DNA of 47,958 nt, taken from an uncultured Clostridia bacterium (GTDB taxonomy: Bacteria > Bacillota > Clostridia > Christensenellales > Borkfalkiaceae). The stretch is from positions 1 through 47,958 of the forward strand of contig CAZEVL010000001.1 in assembly GCA_964515795.1 (NCBI GenBank). Reading direction: 5' to 3'. The notes under the pieces are model-generated. The model saw nothing but the letters and a program-made list of their open reading frames with translations. It did not search any database and was not told the origin of the DNA. Below are positions 18,271-27,940 of this stretch, piece after piece; position 1 is the stretch's first letter; each line of letters opens with the position of its first letter. A program made the position numbers and the translations under genes.

Positions 18271-19974
18271 TTATAACGTTGTAAAGAACGCTTTCGTTCC
18301 CGAAAGCAATTTCTCGTCTAAATGCCAAACCCCGTTTTTCTGAACCAAGCCGAAGCTACATTCTTTCGCGGTTTCGTAAAGTTCCGCCCCGTCGTACCCG
18401 ACAATCGTATCCGACATTTGTTCCAAAATACGTTTCGCCTCGGGGGTAAATCTCGACGTAGTGATAAAAATGCCGCGCGTGTTTTGTTTCCCGTCTTTCG
18501 CTTTGCGGCAAGCGCACGCGCCGATGAATTGTTGCAACAGCGTCTCGCCCACGACCCACAATTTCTCGTCCCCTCTGTCGGGATTCCAATTTTTCGACTG
18601 TATGTAGATCGTTTCTCTAAAACCGAATCTGTCCGTCAACTCGATCTCCCCGTCGATACCGCCGTCGTAATCGCCGCCGCATACGCGCAACGCTTCCAAA
18701 CGTCTGCCGTTCTTTCGGGAATATTTTTCCAACAGATACACCGAATAATATTCAAAATAATCACCGCCGAGCGCACGGAGTCTGCCTAAAAATTTCTCCC
18801 GAAGTTTCTCATCCTCCGTCATCGGCTTGTTTTCCTTACGGCGCGACGCAAGCGTACCCTGCAAACGCGTTTTTTGCGAAACGACGTCCGTCTTTACGGG
18901 TTCCGTCTTTAACGGTTCTTCCGTATGCGCGACGTCCGTCTTAGCTTGTACGTCCTTGCGAAGATTTTCTCGAAGCTGCGTTCTATCCGACTTTTCCTGC
19001 TGTTTTTCTTGCATCTTTTCTTGCGGCTTTTCCGCCGATTCCGCTTTTTCGACGGACTTGCGAACCTCCGAGCGAATTTCCGCATCGGATCGAACAGACG
19101 ATTTCGCCGCCGTTTCTTCCCTTACGAGCTCCTTCTTCGCTTCTCGGTTTTCCGACGTCGAAACTTGCGCTTTGGATTTCGTACCGCCCAACAAAAAGCT
19201 CATATCCATTACAACGCCTTTCGGTGAGACCTCGCCTTTCTCTTTTATCGTCAATGCGGTCTCCGACTTGGTTTCCGACCCTCTCCCCGTTTCGGTCGCA
19301 GCGGATTCGTCCGTCTTTTCCGTTTTCAACACAGACACGGTAGGCGACTCCGGCACTTTCTCTTTTGTTTCGGACACGGTAGGCTCTTTCTCCGTTCTCT
19401 CCGATTTTACCTCAACCACGGTATTCTCTTTTTTCTGCGGAATTACCTTTTCCGCCTCCACGGACTGTTTCGGCTTTCTGCCGCGTTTTTTAAGCGGTTC
19501 TTTTTGCTCGTTCTCGCTCTTTTCCGCTTCCGCCTTTGCTTTCACCGTCTTTTTAACAGGCTTTTTCGCTACTTTCTCGGGTGCTCCCGTTATTTCGATC
19601 TTATTCGTTTCCGTATCCGCTTTTTCGGCAACGTCCGTTTTTTTCGTCGTGCGTTTCGGCGCCTTTTTCATCGGCTCTTTCACCACATCGGTTTTCGGCA
19701 TTTCCTGTTTCAACGCATACACGCCACTGTCGTAAAGGATATCCCCGTCTTTTTTCATAATATCGAGAACGGAGCCCACCCGACCTTTCACGTCGTTGAC
19801 GTTTTCGGTTTCCTCTCCGCCGAAACGTTGCGTATACGATTTCGAAACTTCCTCGATTAAATCGTTGTGCTTATATTCTTTATTTACCAAAATTTCGCGA
19901 ATCAGTTTTTTCGTCGCATCTTTCTTTTCGGCGCGGGTTGCGACCGCCGCGCTTTCCGTTGTCTTCTTTACCAT
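18271..19974 (-). CDS. Mrr-family (PD-(D/E)xK) restriction-endonuclease-domain protein with an N-terminal winged-helix-like domain and a ~300-aa low-complexity linker
   Basis: C-terminal GGDYDGGIDGEIEL...TIYIQSKNW...RGIFITTSRFTPEAKR matches the Mrr catalytic core. The middle is K/E/T/S-rich. The preferred ATG at 19974 has a GGAAGGA RBS; the track start (TTG at 20037) is an alternative. Confidence 0.75.
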   Translation of the reverse strand: MVKKTTESAAVATRAEKKDATKKLIREILVNKEYKHNDLIEEVSKSYTQRFGGEETENVNDVKGRVGSVLDIMKKDGDILYDSGVYALKQEMPKTDVVKEPMKKAPKRTTKKTDVAEKADTETNKIEITGAPEKVAKKPVKKTVKAKAEAEKSENEQKEPLKKRGRKPKQSVEAEKVIPQKKENTVVEVKSERTEKEPTVSETKEKVPESPTVSVLKTEKTDESAATETGRGSETKSETALTIKEKGEVSPKGVVMDMSFLLGGTKSKAQVSTSENREAKKELVREETAAKSSVRSDAEIRSEVRKSVEKAESAEKPQEKMQEKQQEKSDRTQLRENLRKDVQAKTDVAHTEEPLKTEPVKTDVVSQKTRLQGTLASRRKENKPMTEDEKLREKFLGRLRALGGDYFEYYSVYLLEKYSRKNGRRLEALRVCGGDYDGGIDGEIELTDRFGFRETIYIQSKNWNPDRGDEKLWVVGETLLQQFIGACACRKAKDGKQNTRGIFITTSRFTPEAKRILEQMSDTIVGYDGAELYETAKECSFGLVQKNGVWHLDEKLLSGTKAFFTTL

Positions 19975-20045
19975 AATTTTCCTTCCGTTTCGTTTTTTCT
20001 GTAAGACCATTCTTTGAATCGACGCGTTGCGATTCAAATTCCTTC

Positions 20046-20771
20046 TTACTCCTCATACAAGCGAATCAATTCACCCAAGCTCTCCACGCGTTCCTCCGTT
20101 TTCTCCGCGAGAAACGCGCGCAGCAACCGTAACGCACGTTTTTTACCGCCTGCCAAACAAGCTTCGTCATACGTCAATCCGTCGCATTTACGCAACGTGT
20201 GATACGTAGAAAGACTTGCGCGTTCGCCTTGTATACAGCGATCTCGACTTGCAAATCTCCCGTCGGAAAAATCAAACCACAGTTTCTCCCCGACGTCCCC
20301 GTCGCATTCCTCCAAATAACTCAGATCCAGCGGATAACCGCTCTCTCGCAACGCGACGAGCAAAAAACTTATCACCGTATCCGCAACGTCCGCTTCGGCG
20401 AGCGACAGCCCCTTCAAACATTCGATAAGCGCAATAAACAAACCGTCGTATCGCTCGTTTTCCTGAGAAACGGAATAACAAACCTCCGCCGCCGCACACG
20501 CCGCGTAAAAACGAGTCAAATCGGTGCGAAGCTCGAAAAATCCTTCGTGCAAATACGCGCCCGTCACCGTATATCTGCCGCCGCGCTCCGCCAGAACGTA
20601 TTCGGCGAAACAAAAGGGCTGTGCGGAAAAAGCGAGCTTTGCCGTAGGTTTTTTCACCCCGCGTATGCCTGCGGTAATTTTACCCAAAGACGGAGAAAAC
20701 AACGTCAGAATTTTGTCGTTATCTTTATAATCGACCGCCCGTAAGACGATTGCGTCCGTTTTTATCTCCAT
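20046..20771 (-). CDS. recO: DNA repair protein RecO
   Basis: 241 aa with the typical N-terminus MEIKTDAIVLRAVDYKDNDKILTLF. Confidence 0.9.
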   Translation of the reverse strand: MEIKTDAIVLRAVDYKDNDKILTLFSPSLGKITAGIRGVKKPTAKLAFSAQPFCFAEYVLAERGGRYTVTGAYLHEGFFELRTDLTRFYAACAAAEVCYSVSQENERYDGLFIALIECLKGLSLAEADVADTVISFLLVALRESGYPLDLSYLEECDGDVGEKLWFDFSDGRFASRDRCIQGERASLSTYHTLRKCDGLTYDEACLAGGKKRALRLLRAFLAEKTEERVESLGELIRLYEE

Positions 20772-20784
20772 CTGCTTCCTCTGT

Positions 20785-20898
20785 TTATTTCTTCCGTATT
20801 AAATCGTAATAGAGCATATAATACCCGAGACTGCCTGTCCGTTCAAACATTTCCCAAGCCGCTTTCGCCGCTCCGTTTTCCTCGCGTTTATCCCGCAT
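20785..20898 (-). CDS. yqzL: YqzL-like small protein (37 aa)
   Basis: Too short for the ORF track. Hand translation: MRDKREENGAAKAAWEMFERTGSLGYYMLYYDLIRKK. GGGGGAGG RBS upstream. It sits between era and recO, as yqzL does in Bacillus. Confidence 0.6.
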   Translation of the reverse strand: MRDKREENGAAKAAWEMFERTGSLGYYMLYYDLIRKK

Positions 20899-20968
20899 AA
20901 CCTCCCCCTTTGATAACAGTTTGCGAGAAAGGTTGCATGTTTATACGAGGTTTTCGGCATCGTTAAAA

Positions 20969-21862
20969 TTAGTCCGAAGGCAAATCCTCGTAACCGTATT
21001 CCTTCAACAAGCCCATCTTATCGCGCCAGTCTTCCTTAACCTTGACGTACGTGGTGAGGAACACTTTCGCCCCCAAGAACTTTTCCATATCCTGCCGAGC
21101 GAACGAAGAAACTTCTTTAATCGCCCTGCCCTGTTTGCCGATCAAAATCGCTTTATGATTGGCACGCTCGCATACGATATCCAAATTCACGTCGTACACG
21201 CCGTTTTCCTGCAACTCGAACTTATTGATAACGATAGCGATGCCGTGCGGAATTTCTTTATCGAATTTCAACAAAATCTTTTCACGCATAATTTCGGAAA
21301 CCATAAAGCGTTCGCTTTTATCCGAAACGATGTCTTGTTGAAATATTTTTTCGCCTTCGGGCATTTTTTCGATCAAAAATTCTTTTAACCGACGTACGTT
21401 TTTCCCTTTTCTCGCGGAAACGGGGAAAACGTCCACGTCCAAACCTGCGTCGGAAAACTTCGCCATATCCGAAGGAATGTTTTCTTTGGGCATGATGTCG
21501 ATTTTCGTATATGCCACCGCCATAGGAATATTCAACGCCTTATATTTTGCGATCAACGCAAAATCCTCTTCGCCGATTCCGTCGTGCCCGTCGAGCACGT
21601 AAAGAATATAATCCACGGAACGCGCACTGGCTTCCGTCGTACGCATCATCATATCCGTCAACGCGTTATGCGCTTTATAAATCCCCGGCGTATCCACGAA
21701 AACGATTTGATAGTCCTCTTCCGTCAATACCCCCAAAATCCTATCGCGCGTAGTCTGCGGTTTCGGCGACACGATAGACACTTTCTCCCCGACCAGCACG
21801 TTAATCAGCGTGCTTTTTCCCGCATTGGCTCTGCCGATTACGGCTACGTATCCGCTTTTCAT
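20969..21862 (-). CDS. era: GTPase Era
   Basis: 297 aa. G1 motif GRANAGKSTLIN and DTPG. C-terminal KH domain. Confidence 0.95.
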   Translation of the reverse strand: MKSGYVAVIGRANAGKSTLINVLVGEKVSIVSPKPQTTRDRILGVLTEEDYQIVFVDTPGIYKAHNALTDMMMRTTEASARSVDYILYVLDGHDGIGEEDFALIAKYKALNIPMAVAYTKIDIMPKENIPSDMAKFSDAGLDVDVFPVSARKGKNVRRLKEFLIEKMPEGEKIFQQDIVSDKSERFMVSEIMREKILLKFDKEIPHGIAIVINKFELQENGVYDVNLDIVCERANHKAILIGKQGRAIKEVSSFARQDMEKFLGAKVFLTTYVKVKEDWRDKMGLLKEYGYEDLPSD

Positions 21863-21882
21863 ACTTTCTTTCGTCCTCCCGA

Positions 21883-22371
21883 TTACTCTTCTCTCGTAAT
21901 ACCAAGCTTTGCAAGAACGTATTCTTCCTTTTCTCGCATCTCCGCTTTTTCGTCCTCGACCATATGGTCATAGCCCAAACAATGCATAATCCCGTGTACC
22001 AACAAATAATGCAGCTCTCTATTATAAGAATGCCCGAACTCCGCTGCCTGTTCCCTTGCCCGATCGCAACATACGACAACCGAGCCTATCAACAAATTCC
22101 CGTCCTCGTCCGTTTCAAACGGATAATCCGCGGCATACAGCGGTTCACCCTTAATTCCGTCGAGCGTGGGAAAACTCAACACGTCCGTCACGCGATCGGT
22201 ATCGCGCGTTTCTCTGTTCAAACGCCGAATTTCCTCCCCGTCCACGAATAAAAATTCGATCGCAAGCGGTAAATCGGACGTTACAAACCCGTCCATGGCA
22301 TTTTCCAACGCCGTGACGTTCTCCGAAGAGAAATTCTCGTCCTCGCAATAAATACGGAAATTACTCATCAA
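21883..22371 (-). CDS. ybeY: rRNA maturation endoribonuclease YbeY
   Basis: 162 aa with zinc motif HGIMHCLGYDH. Confidence 0.95.
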   Translation of the reverse strand: MMSNFRIYCEDENFSSENVTALENAMDGFVTSDLPLAIEFLFVDGEEIRRLNRETRDTDRVTDVLSFPTLDGIKGEPLYAADYPFETDEDGNLLIGSVVVCCDRAREQAAEFGHSYNRELHYLLVHGIMHCLGYDHMVEDEKAEMREKEEYVLAKLGITREE

Positions 22372-23882
22372 ACGTTCTCCCCCTTCGTCACGCCGTCTTC
22401 GTTGCGCTTGTATTTGATATTGGGATATTTAATCCTGTGATGATACACCCCCGTCAAAGTAGCGACGAGTGCCAGTCGGATCTTCGTCAAATCGCTCATC
22501 GTGATGTCGCATTCGGCAAACTGTTCCAAATCCATACGTTCCTCGATCACTGCTCGAATGGCTTTTTCCGCAGCCTCGGGGGAACGAGAATTCGTCGCAC
22601 GCACCGCCGCCTCGGACGCGTCCGCAATCATAACGATTGCCGCCACCTTCGTTTGAGGTTTCGGGCCGAGGTACGAAAAATCTTCGATATTCAGCTCCCC
22701 GTCCGTCAATTTCAACGCCTTTGCGTAGAAGTAACGAATAGGCATCGTACCGTGATGTTGTAACGCCACGTCCGCCAAGAAATCGGGCAAATGATTATTT
22801 TTAATCAACGTATACCCGTCTTTCGCATGCGAACGGATAATATCCGCGGAAAGCTCCGGCGTCAGCTCGTCGTGCAAGTTGTAATCACCCTGATTCTCCG
22901 TGAAATGTTCGGGATAATGCAACTTCCCTACGTCGTGATAGAGCGCAGCCGCCCTTGCGTAATCCACGTCCTCGCCGATTGCCGCCGCGCAAGCTTCCGC
23001 AAGTTGCGCCACCATAATCGAATGGTTATACGTCCCCGGAGCTTCTTCTTTAAGCTTCCGCAAAATTTTCGCGTCGGAGCTGGTCAACTCTCGCAAGCGG
23101 AACACCGTAAGACAGTTAAACAAATTTTCAAAAAGCGGCAAAATCGCAAGGAAAAATATGGTAGACATAACGCCGCCGAACAGCCCGAAGCCCATATTCG
23201 TCCAAACTTCTTCGAACGCAGGCATTTCCGCCAAGGAATCCCCCGCTTTTACGAGCGTGGAAATTTCCAACAGGAAAACGATGAGATCGATAGGGATAAC
23301 GATCAAAACGCCGATTCCGATTAAACGAAAACGAGTTTTTGCCTTATCGCAAAAGAAAATCGCGCACATACCGGCGGAAAAAGAAATGAGCAAAGAGGAA
23401 TAATATTCCGTCACGAACCCTTCCGTCGCCGCGGCAAAGTTGTCCACGACAAACATCAGTAGCGCACTGATGATGTTCAGGAAAATCGCCTCGCGTCTGC
23501 CGACCAACACGAAAATCATCAACGCCACAAACGCCACCGGACGCGCGTATACGTGAAGTTTGGCGCCGATCAGATAAGCCATTATCACATACAAATCCAA
23601 CACGCTGAAAATCAACGCGATCTGCTTACCGCTCGACAATATCGACTTGTTTTCGAACAAAAAATAACAATACGTAATCAATACAAGCAGGAACGCGCAA
23701 AACAGCACATACAAATAATGCGCACCGTGCTCCTGCATATGCTCCCCGAAATACGAGAATTTGTCATACAGCAACAACAATCCCGTAATCGAAATCAAAA
23801 TGACGAAATGCAAGAAAAACAATAAAATACTTTTTATCGTCGTTTGCTTCGTCCAAGCGTTTTGGATAGTTTTCACCGCCAT
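22368..23882 (-). CDS. 7TM-HD membrane phosphohydrolase (YqfF/PgpH-like), lacking the long N-terminal extracellular domain
   Basis: 504 aa. Seven hydrophobic segments followed by an HD domain (HSIMVAQLAE, YHDVGK). Confidence 0.85.
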   Translation of the reverse strand: MAVKTIQNAWTKQTTIKSILLFFLHFVILISITGLLLLYDKFSYFGEHMQEHGAHYLYVLFCAFLLVLITYCYFLFENKSILSSGKQIALIFSVLDLYVIMAYLIGAKLHVYARPVAFVALMIFVLVGRREAIFLNIISALLMFVVDNFAAATEGFVTEYYSSLLISFSAGMCAIFFCDKAKTRFRLIGIGVLIVIPIDLIVFLLEISTLVKAGDSLAEMPAFEEVWTNMGFGLFGGVMSTIFFLAILPLFENLFNCLTVFRLRELTSSDAKILRKLKEEAPGTYNHSIMVAQLAEACAAAIGEDVDYARAAALYHDVGKLHYPEHFTENQGDYNLHDELTPELSADIIRSHAKDGYTLIKNNHLPDFLADVALQHHGTMPIRYFYAKALKLTDGELNIEDFSYLGPKPQTKVAAIVMIADASEAAVRATNSRSPEAAEKAIRAVIEERMDLEQFAECDITMSDLTKIRLALVATLTGVYHHRIKYPNIKYKRNEDGVTKGENV

Positions 23883-23888
23883 CTTTCG

Positions 23889-24929
23889 TTATTCTCCTTC
23901 CGTGCTTTTCACACGGGACGCGTCCCCCGAAAAAGTTCTTTTCTTCTTCGTCGAAGCGTCGTTTCGCGCCTGCGAGTCTTTCTCGTAGGCGTGAATAATA
24001 CGCATCACCAACGGATGTCTTACGACGTCTTTCGACGTCAATCTGCACACGGATATCCCTTCCACGCCCTCTAAAATGTCCGTAGCGTGGACGAGTCCGC
24101 TCTCTTTGCCGTCTAAATCGATCTGCGTGACGTCACCCGTCACCACCGTTTTACTGCCTTCGCCCATACGGGTCAAAAACATTTTCATCTGTTCCCGCGT
24201 CGTATTCTGCGCTTCGTCCAAAATTATAAACGCATTGGATAACGTTCTCCCGCGCATATAGGCAAGCGGAGCAACCTCTATCGCCCCGCGTTCCATCAAC
24301 TTTTCATACGTTTCCAAACCGAGCATTTCCTGTAAAGCGTCATACAGAGGTCGTAAATACGGATCGACTTTCGTCTGCAAATCCCCGGGCAAAAAGCCGA
24401 GTTTTTCCCCTGCCTCCACGGCAGGCCGCGTGAGTATTATTTTTTCTACCTGCTTACTCTTAAAAGCCGCAACCGCCATACAAACCGCCAAATACGTTTT
24501 TCCCGTACCGGCAGGACCTACGCCGAATACTACGGTATTCTTTTTAATAGCGTCCACATAGGCTTTCTGCCCGACTGTCTTGCATTTTATTTGTTTTCCG
24601 CGCGCCGTAATCGCCACGACGCCCTCCGTAAGACAGGCGATTTCTTCCGCACGCCCTTCTTTGGCGAGCTCGATGCAATACGCCATGCGGCTTCGGTCAA
24701 TCTCCTCGCCGCTTCCGGCAAAGGATACGAGTGCACTCAGCACCCGTTCTCCGAGCGAAACGCTCTCCGATTCGCCCTCCAAGCGAATTTTCACGCCCTC
24801 CACGTACGCAAGAATATCCAATTCCCGACAGAGAAAAGTCAAATTCTCGTCAAATGCGCCTAAAATATTCGCCAACTTGTCCACGGACTTCACGTCCACG
24901 GTTTTCGTAATTTTTTCCGTTTTTAACAA
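23889..24929 (-). CDS. phoH: PhoH-like ATPase
   Basis: P-loop GPAGTGKTYLAV. I prefer the TTG start at 24929, 7 nt after AGGAGG; the track ORF begins at the ATG at 24965. Confidence 0.88.
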   Translation of the reverse strand: MLKTEKITKTVDVKSVDKLANILGAFDENLTFLCRELDILAYVEGVKIRLEGESESVSLGERVLSALVSFAGSGEEIDRSRMAYCIELAKEGRAEEIACLTEGVVAITARGKQIKCKTVGQKAYVDAIKKNTVVFGVGPAGTGKTYLAVCMAVAAFKSKQVEKIILTRPAVEAGEKLGFLPGDLQTKVDPYLRPLYDALQEMLGLETYEKLMERGAIEVAPLAYMRGRTLSNAFIILDEAQNTTREQMKMFLTRMGEGSKTVVTGDVTQIDLDGKESGLVHATDILEGVEGISVCRLTSKDVVRHPLVMRIIHAYEKDSQARNDASTKKKRTFSGDASRVKSTEGE

Positions 24930-24999
24930 CGTAACGCCTCCTAACGCGTTTCGCACACTGCACATTTTTCGTCGTCCGACAAAATCAGGGCGACGTATT

Positions 25000-25914
25000 T
25001 TATAAATTCATCGAAAGCAACGCGACATATTCCACTTTCACGTGAAACAATCCCTCGTTTCGTTCCGTTTGTCTACTGACGATATAGTCCCGTTCGGACA
25101 ACCCCAATTCCAAATACGCCGTCGCGAACGCTTCCTCTTCCGTTTCAGCCTCGAAAACGCCCTCGTACACGCACCCTATTTTCGCACGCGCCACGACTTC
25201 GACGCATACCTGTCCGCCGTCTTGCGCGACTTTTCGTTCGTCGACCAGTACGTCGCCCCGCAATATCGTATCCCCGACGTTTTTTTGCGGTTCGCCTTTC
25301 AACACCGTCAAGGCAAGCAACGTCCCGTGCCGCTCGCTTCGCAGCGGACCGCTTTGCAAACGAGACTTTTCGAACGGACTGCAACGAATTTCCACCTGCG
25401 CGTAAAAACCTCGTTTTTGGACGGAGCAAAACTCCACGTCGTCTATCGCAAGCAACTGCGCGCAAACCAAGTCGAGCTTTTCCGTACGGAAAGGCGCAAA
25501 CGGGACGATACCGACGCTTTCCAAAGCAATCTTCGCCTCGCGAGCGTATACGGCAGAACCCGTCAATTCCACTGCAAATACGTATCCGTCGAAATAGAGC
25601 AAAGCCGCCGCGCAGAGAAGCCCTCCGAGCAAAAGCCCGATCCTACGTTTTGCCTTCGCAAGATAACGTGCAGGTCCTTCCGTGCCGATTTTTCGCACCT
25701 TGAAAGGACTATATACGGATATATTATAACATACATTCGGATAAATTGCAAAAACTTTTTCGCTATCTTTTACGCTTACACTGAAAAGTATTTGATTTTT
25801 TTGTATTTTTTTTACGTGATAGAGGTCAATTCGCGCTCTTTTCAGTCGCAACAGCGCGCGCTGGGGCATAACGCCCTCCACCAAAAATCGATCGCGGGAT
25901 TGAAAAATCGACAT
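25000..25914 (-). CDS. yqfD: Sporulation protein YqfD
   Basis: 304 aa with one central TM. Position and N-terminal pattern are typical of YqfD. It starts immediately after the yqfC stop. Confidence 0.75.
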   Translation of the reverse strand: MSIFQSRDRFLVEGVMPQRALLRLKRARIDLYHVKKIQKNQILFSVSVKDSEKVFAIYPNVCYNISVYSPFKVRKIGTEGPARYLAKAKRRIGLLLGGLLCAAALLYFDGYVFAVELTGSAVYAREAKIALESVGIVPFAPFRTEKLDLVCAQLLAIDDVEFCSVQKRGFYAQVEIRCSPFEKSRLQSGPLRSERHGTLLALTVLKGEPQKNVGDTILRGDVLVDERKVAQDGGQVCVEVVARAKIGCVYEGVFEAETEEEAFATAYLELGLSERDYIVSRQTERNEGLFHVKVEYVALLSMNL

Positions 25915-26208
25915 TTATTCGTCCTGCTCCGTAGGCACTAATTTCCCGATTTTCGTATTGTCTTTCAACACCGAACAGGAAAAAATATCGCCGCCGAGCT
26001 GCAAATCCCCGTCGCAATACTTTTCGATCGACAACCGAACGCCGAAAACTCGCACGCGACAATCCGAAAACGCAACGATTACTTCCCGAGGCGAAAAATC
26101 CTCCACGAACTTTACGTTTTCGAAATATCCGCCACCGCCGGGCAGAAACAGACAACGCGCCCCCGCAACGCCGTCCACGCTCTTAAAAATCTCCTCATAT
26201 AATCGCAT
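25915..26208 (-). CDS. yqfC: Sporulation protein YqfC
   Basis: 97 aa. Call rests on the conserved position upstream of yqfD-phoH and on a GGGGAGG RBS. Confidence 0.7.
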   Translation of the reverse strand: MRLYEEIFKSVDGVAGARCLFLPGGGGYFENVKFVEDFSPREVIVAFSDCRVRVFGVRLSIEKYCDGDLQLGGDIFSCSVLKDNTKIGKLVPTEQDE

Positions 26209-26272
26209 ACGCCGCCTCCCCGTCTACTATATGACGAAAAAGACGTATTTATGCAAAGCGGCAAATCCGCCG

Positions 26273-26314
26273 CACAGGTATGCGTCGAGCTTCGAAAGCT
26301 GCCGACCGTGTACG
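26273..26314 (-). repeat. Two-box intergenic repeat, copy C (reverse orientation)
   Basis: The plus strand reads CACAGGTATGCGTCG, 16 nt, then GACCGTGTACG, which is the reverse complement of box R and box L. It lies between the ClC stop and the yqfC start. Confidence 0.65.
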
Positions 26315-26321
26315 GATTGAA

Positions 26322-27935
26322 TCAACCGACTATATGAAACAAATCGTCGCGAACCTTGTTCGGTTCGTCCGTGCGACAAACGATCGTTAAAACGTCACCT
26401 ACCCGAAGGCGAGTATCCCCGTCAGGCAGAATCACGTCGTCGTTACGCGCAATCTCCGTCACGCGCGCCCCGTCGGGCCACAACACGTCGCGCACTTCTC
26501 GGTTGTCAGCAATCGAACCTTCCGCAACCGTACAGACAAACACTTCCTTCAAAGCGCGCTCCCGTATGCCGTTCTCCAGCTCGTAAGCTTCCAACAATTC
26601 CTCGTAAATGCTGTCCGTACGGAACACTTCACTGCATATATACCCCAAAGATACCGCTATAATCACCGGCAACAAAGGCGCAAAGCTTCCTGTAAATTCG
26701 CAAATCATTACGATGGCGGTTATGGGTGCTTTCACAATCGTGGTAAAAAACGCCGCCATACAAATCATAATCATCAAATCGCAATACTGCTCGTTCATTC
26801 CGATTTTTACCAAAAAGGAATTCAGCAAGCCGCCCAGACACGCCCCGATGGCGATAACGGGAATAAAGATTCCGCAAGGAATTCCCGACCCGACGTTCAC
26901 CGTCGTAATGATAAATTTCAAAACCAACGTAATGGTCAACGTCCAAACCAACCCCGTTCCGAACGCCGTCTGCATCGTAGACGAGGTCAAACCGCCGTAC
27001 GTACCGAGATCTTCGATTAAATCGTGTCCGCCGCCCATAACACCCGTCGCAGCCAAAGAAACCACACCGCCCGACACGACGGCAATCATAATGCGCAAAG
27101 TCGTACGAAAACATTTTGGCTTTACGGACAATTTAGAAAACGCTTTTCGCATTTTCAAACACGCTTTGTAAAACAGCACGCCGAGCAAACCGCAAACAAC
27201 CCCTGCCAACACGACGTACCCGTAACTACCGACGGGCATTTCGTGAAATACGTAGGAATGAAAAGAGCTTTGTACCTCTTTATGCAAAAGCCGATAAATC
27301 CACGTTCTTGTCAAAATTCCGAAAATCACGGAAGAAAACGAACAGATAAACACCTCGGGCGTAAATCGCTTATGCGCTTCCTCGAAAGCAAACGCCATTC
27401 CCGTCAACGGAGCGTTGGACGCAACCGCGAGCCCCGTACACGCGCCGCCCGTAATTTGATATCTTCGAATCATTTCGTTACGCCGCAACGTAGACGAAAC
27501 GCCGTCGCCCGCGCATGCGCCGATAAAGACGCTCGGTCCTTCCGAACCGATAGACAGCCCCATAAACACGCTAAGCAGGCTCGCCGCGAACATCGCCGTA
27601 ATATCTCGGTACCACTTAAACCGAATTACGCCGCGCGTCGCACCCTCCGCCTGCGGAATACCGCAACCGCCGATTACGCGGGAAAGTTCCGCCAACGCCC
27701 CTATCACGATTGAACCGAGCGCCAACGTCAAAAGCAACACGGGTATCCATATAGGATTTGCTCGAATATACGCATAGACGTTTCGAGAAATTTCCTCTCC
27801 TTCGTGCGCAAGGATATTAAAAAGCGTCACGACCGCCCCTGCAAAAACGCCCGTAACCGCACCGACGAAAATCAATTGCAGAAAATCTCGGTAAAAGTTT
27901 TTTAATTTTCCTTTGTTTTTCTTTTCTCGTTCCAT
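26322..27935 (-). CDS. ClC-family chloride channel/antiporter with a C-terminal TrkA_C-like domain
   Basis: 537 aa with motifs GCGIPQ, GSEGPSV and GIFIP. The soluble C-terminal roughly 90 aa are RCK_C-like. Confidence 0.88.
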   Translation of the reverse strand: MEREKKNKGKLKNFYRDFLQLIFVGAVTGVFAGAVVTLFNILAHEGEEISRNVYAYIRANPIWIPVLLLTLALGSIVIGALAELSRVIGGCGIPQAEGATRGVIRFKWYRDITAMFAASLLSVFMGLSIGSEGPSVFIGACAGDGVSSTLRRNEMIRRYQITGGACTGLAVASNAPLTGMAFAFEEAHKRFTPEVFICSFSSVIFGILTRTWIYRLLHKEVQSSFHSYVFHEMPVGSYGYVVLAGVVCGLLGVLFYKACLKMRKAFSKLSVKPKCFRTTLRIMIAVVSGGVVSLAATGVMGGGHDLIEDLGTYGGLTSSTMQTAFGTGLVWTLTITLVLKFIITTVNVGSGIPCGIFIPVIAIGACLGGLLNSFLVKIGMNEQYCDLMIMICMAAFFTTIVKAPITAIVMICEFTGSFAPLLPVIIAVSLGYICSEVFRTDSIYEELLEAYELENGIRERALKEVFVCTVAEGSIADNREVRDVLWPDGARVTEIARNDDVILPDGDTRLRVGDVLTIVCRTDEPNKVRDDLFHIVG

Positions 27936-27940
27936 ATACG

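Noticed and set aside
26273-26287. Box R read as a sigma-E/sigma-K -10 element (ACGCATACCTG).
   Set aside because: No matching -35 at the required spacing. In three of the four copies the orientation would drive transcription antisense to trxA or uvrB, or into no gene.
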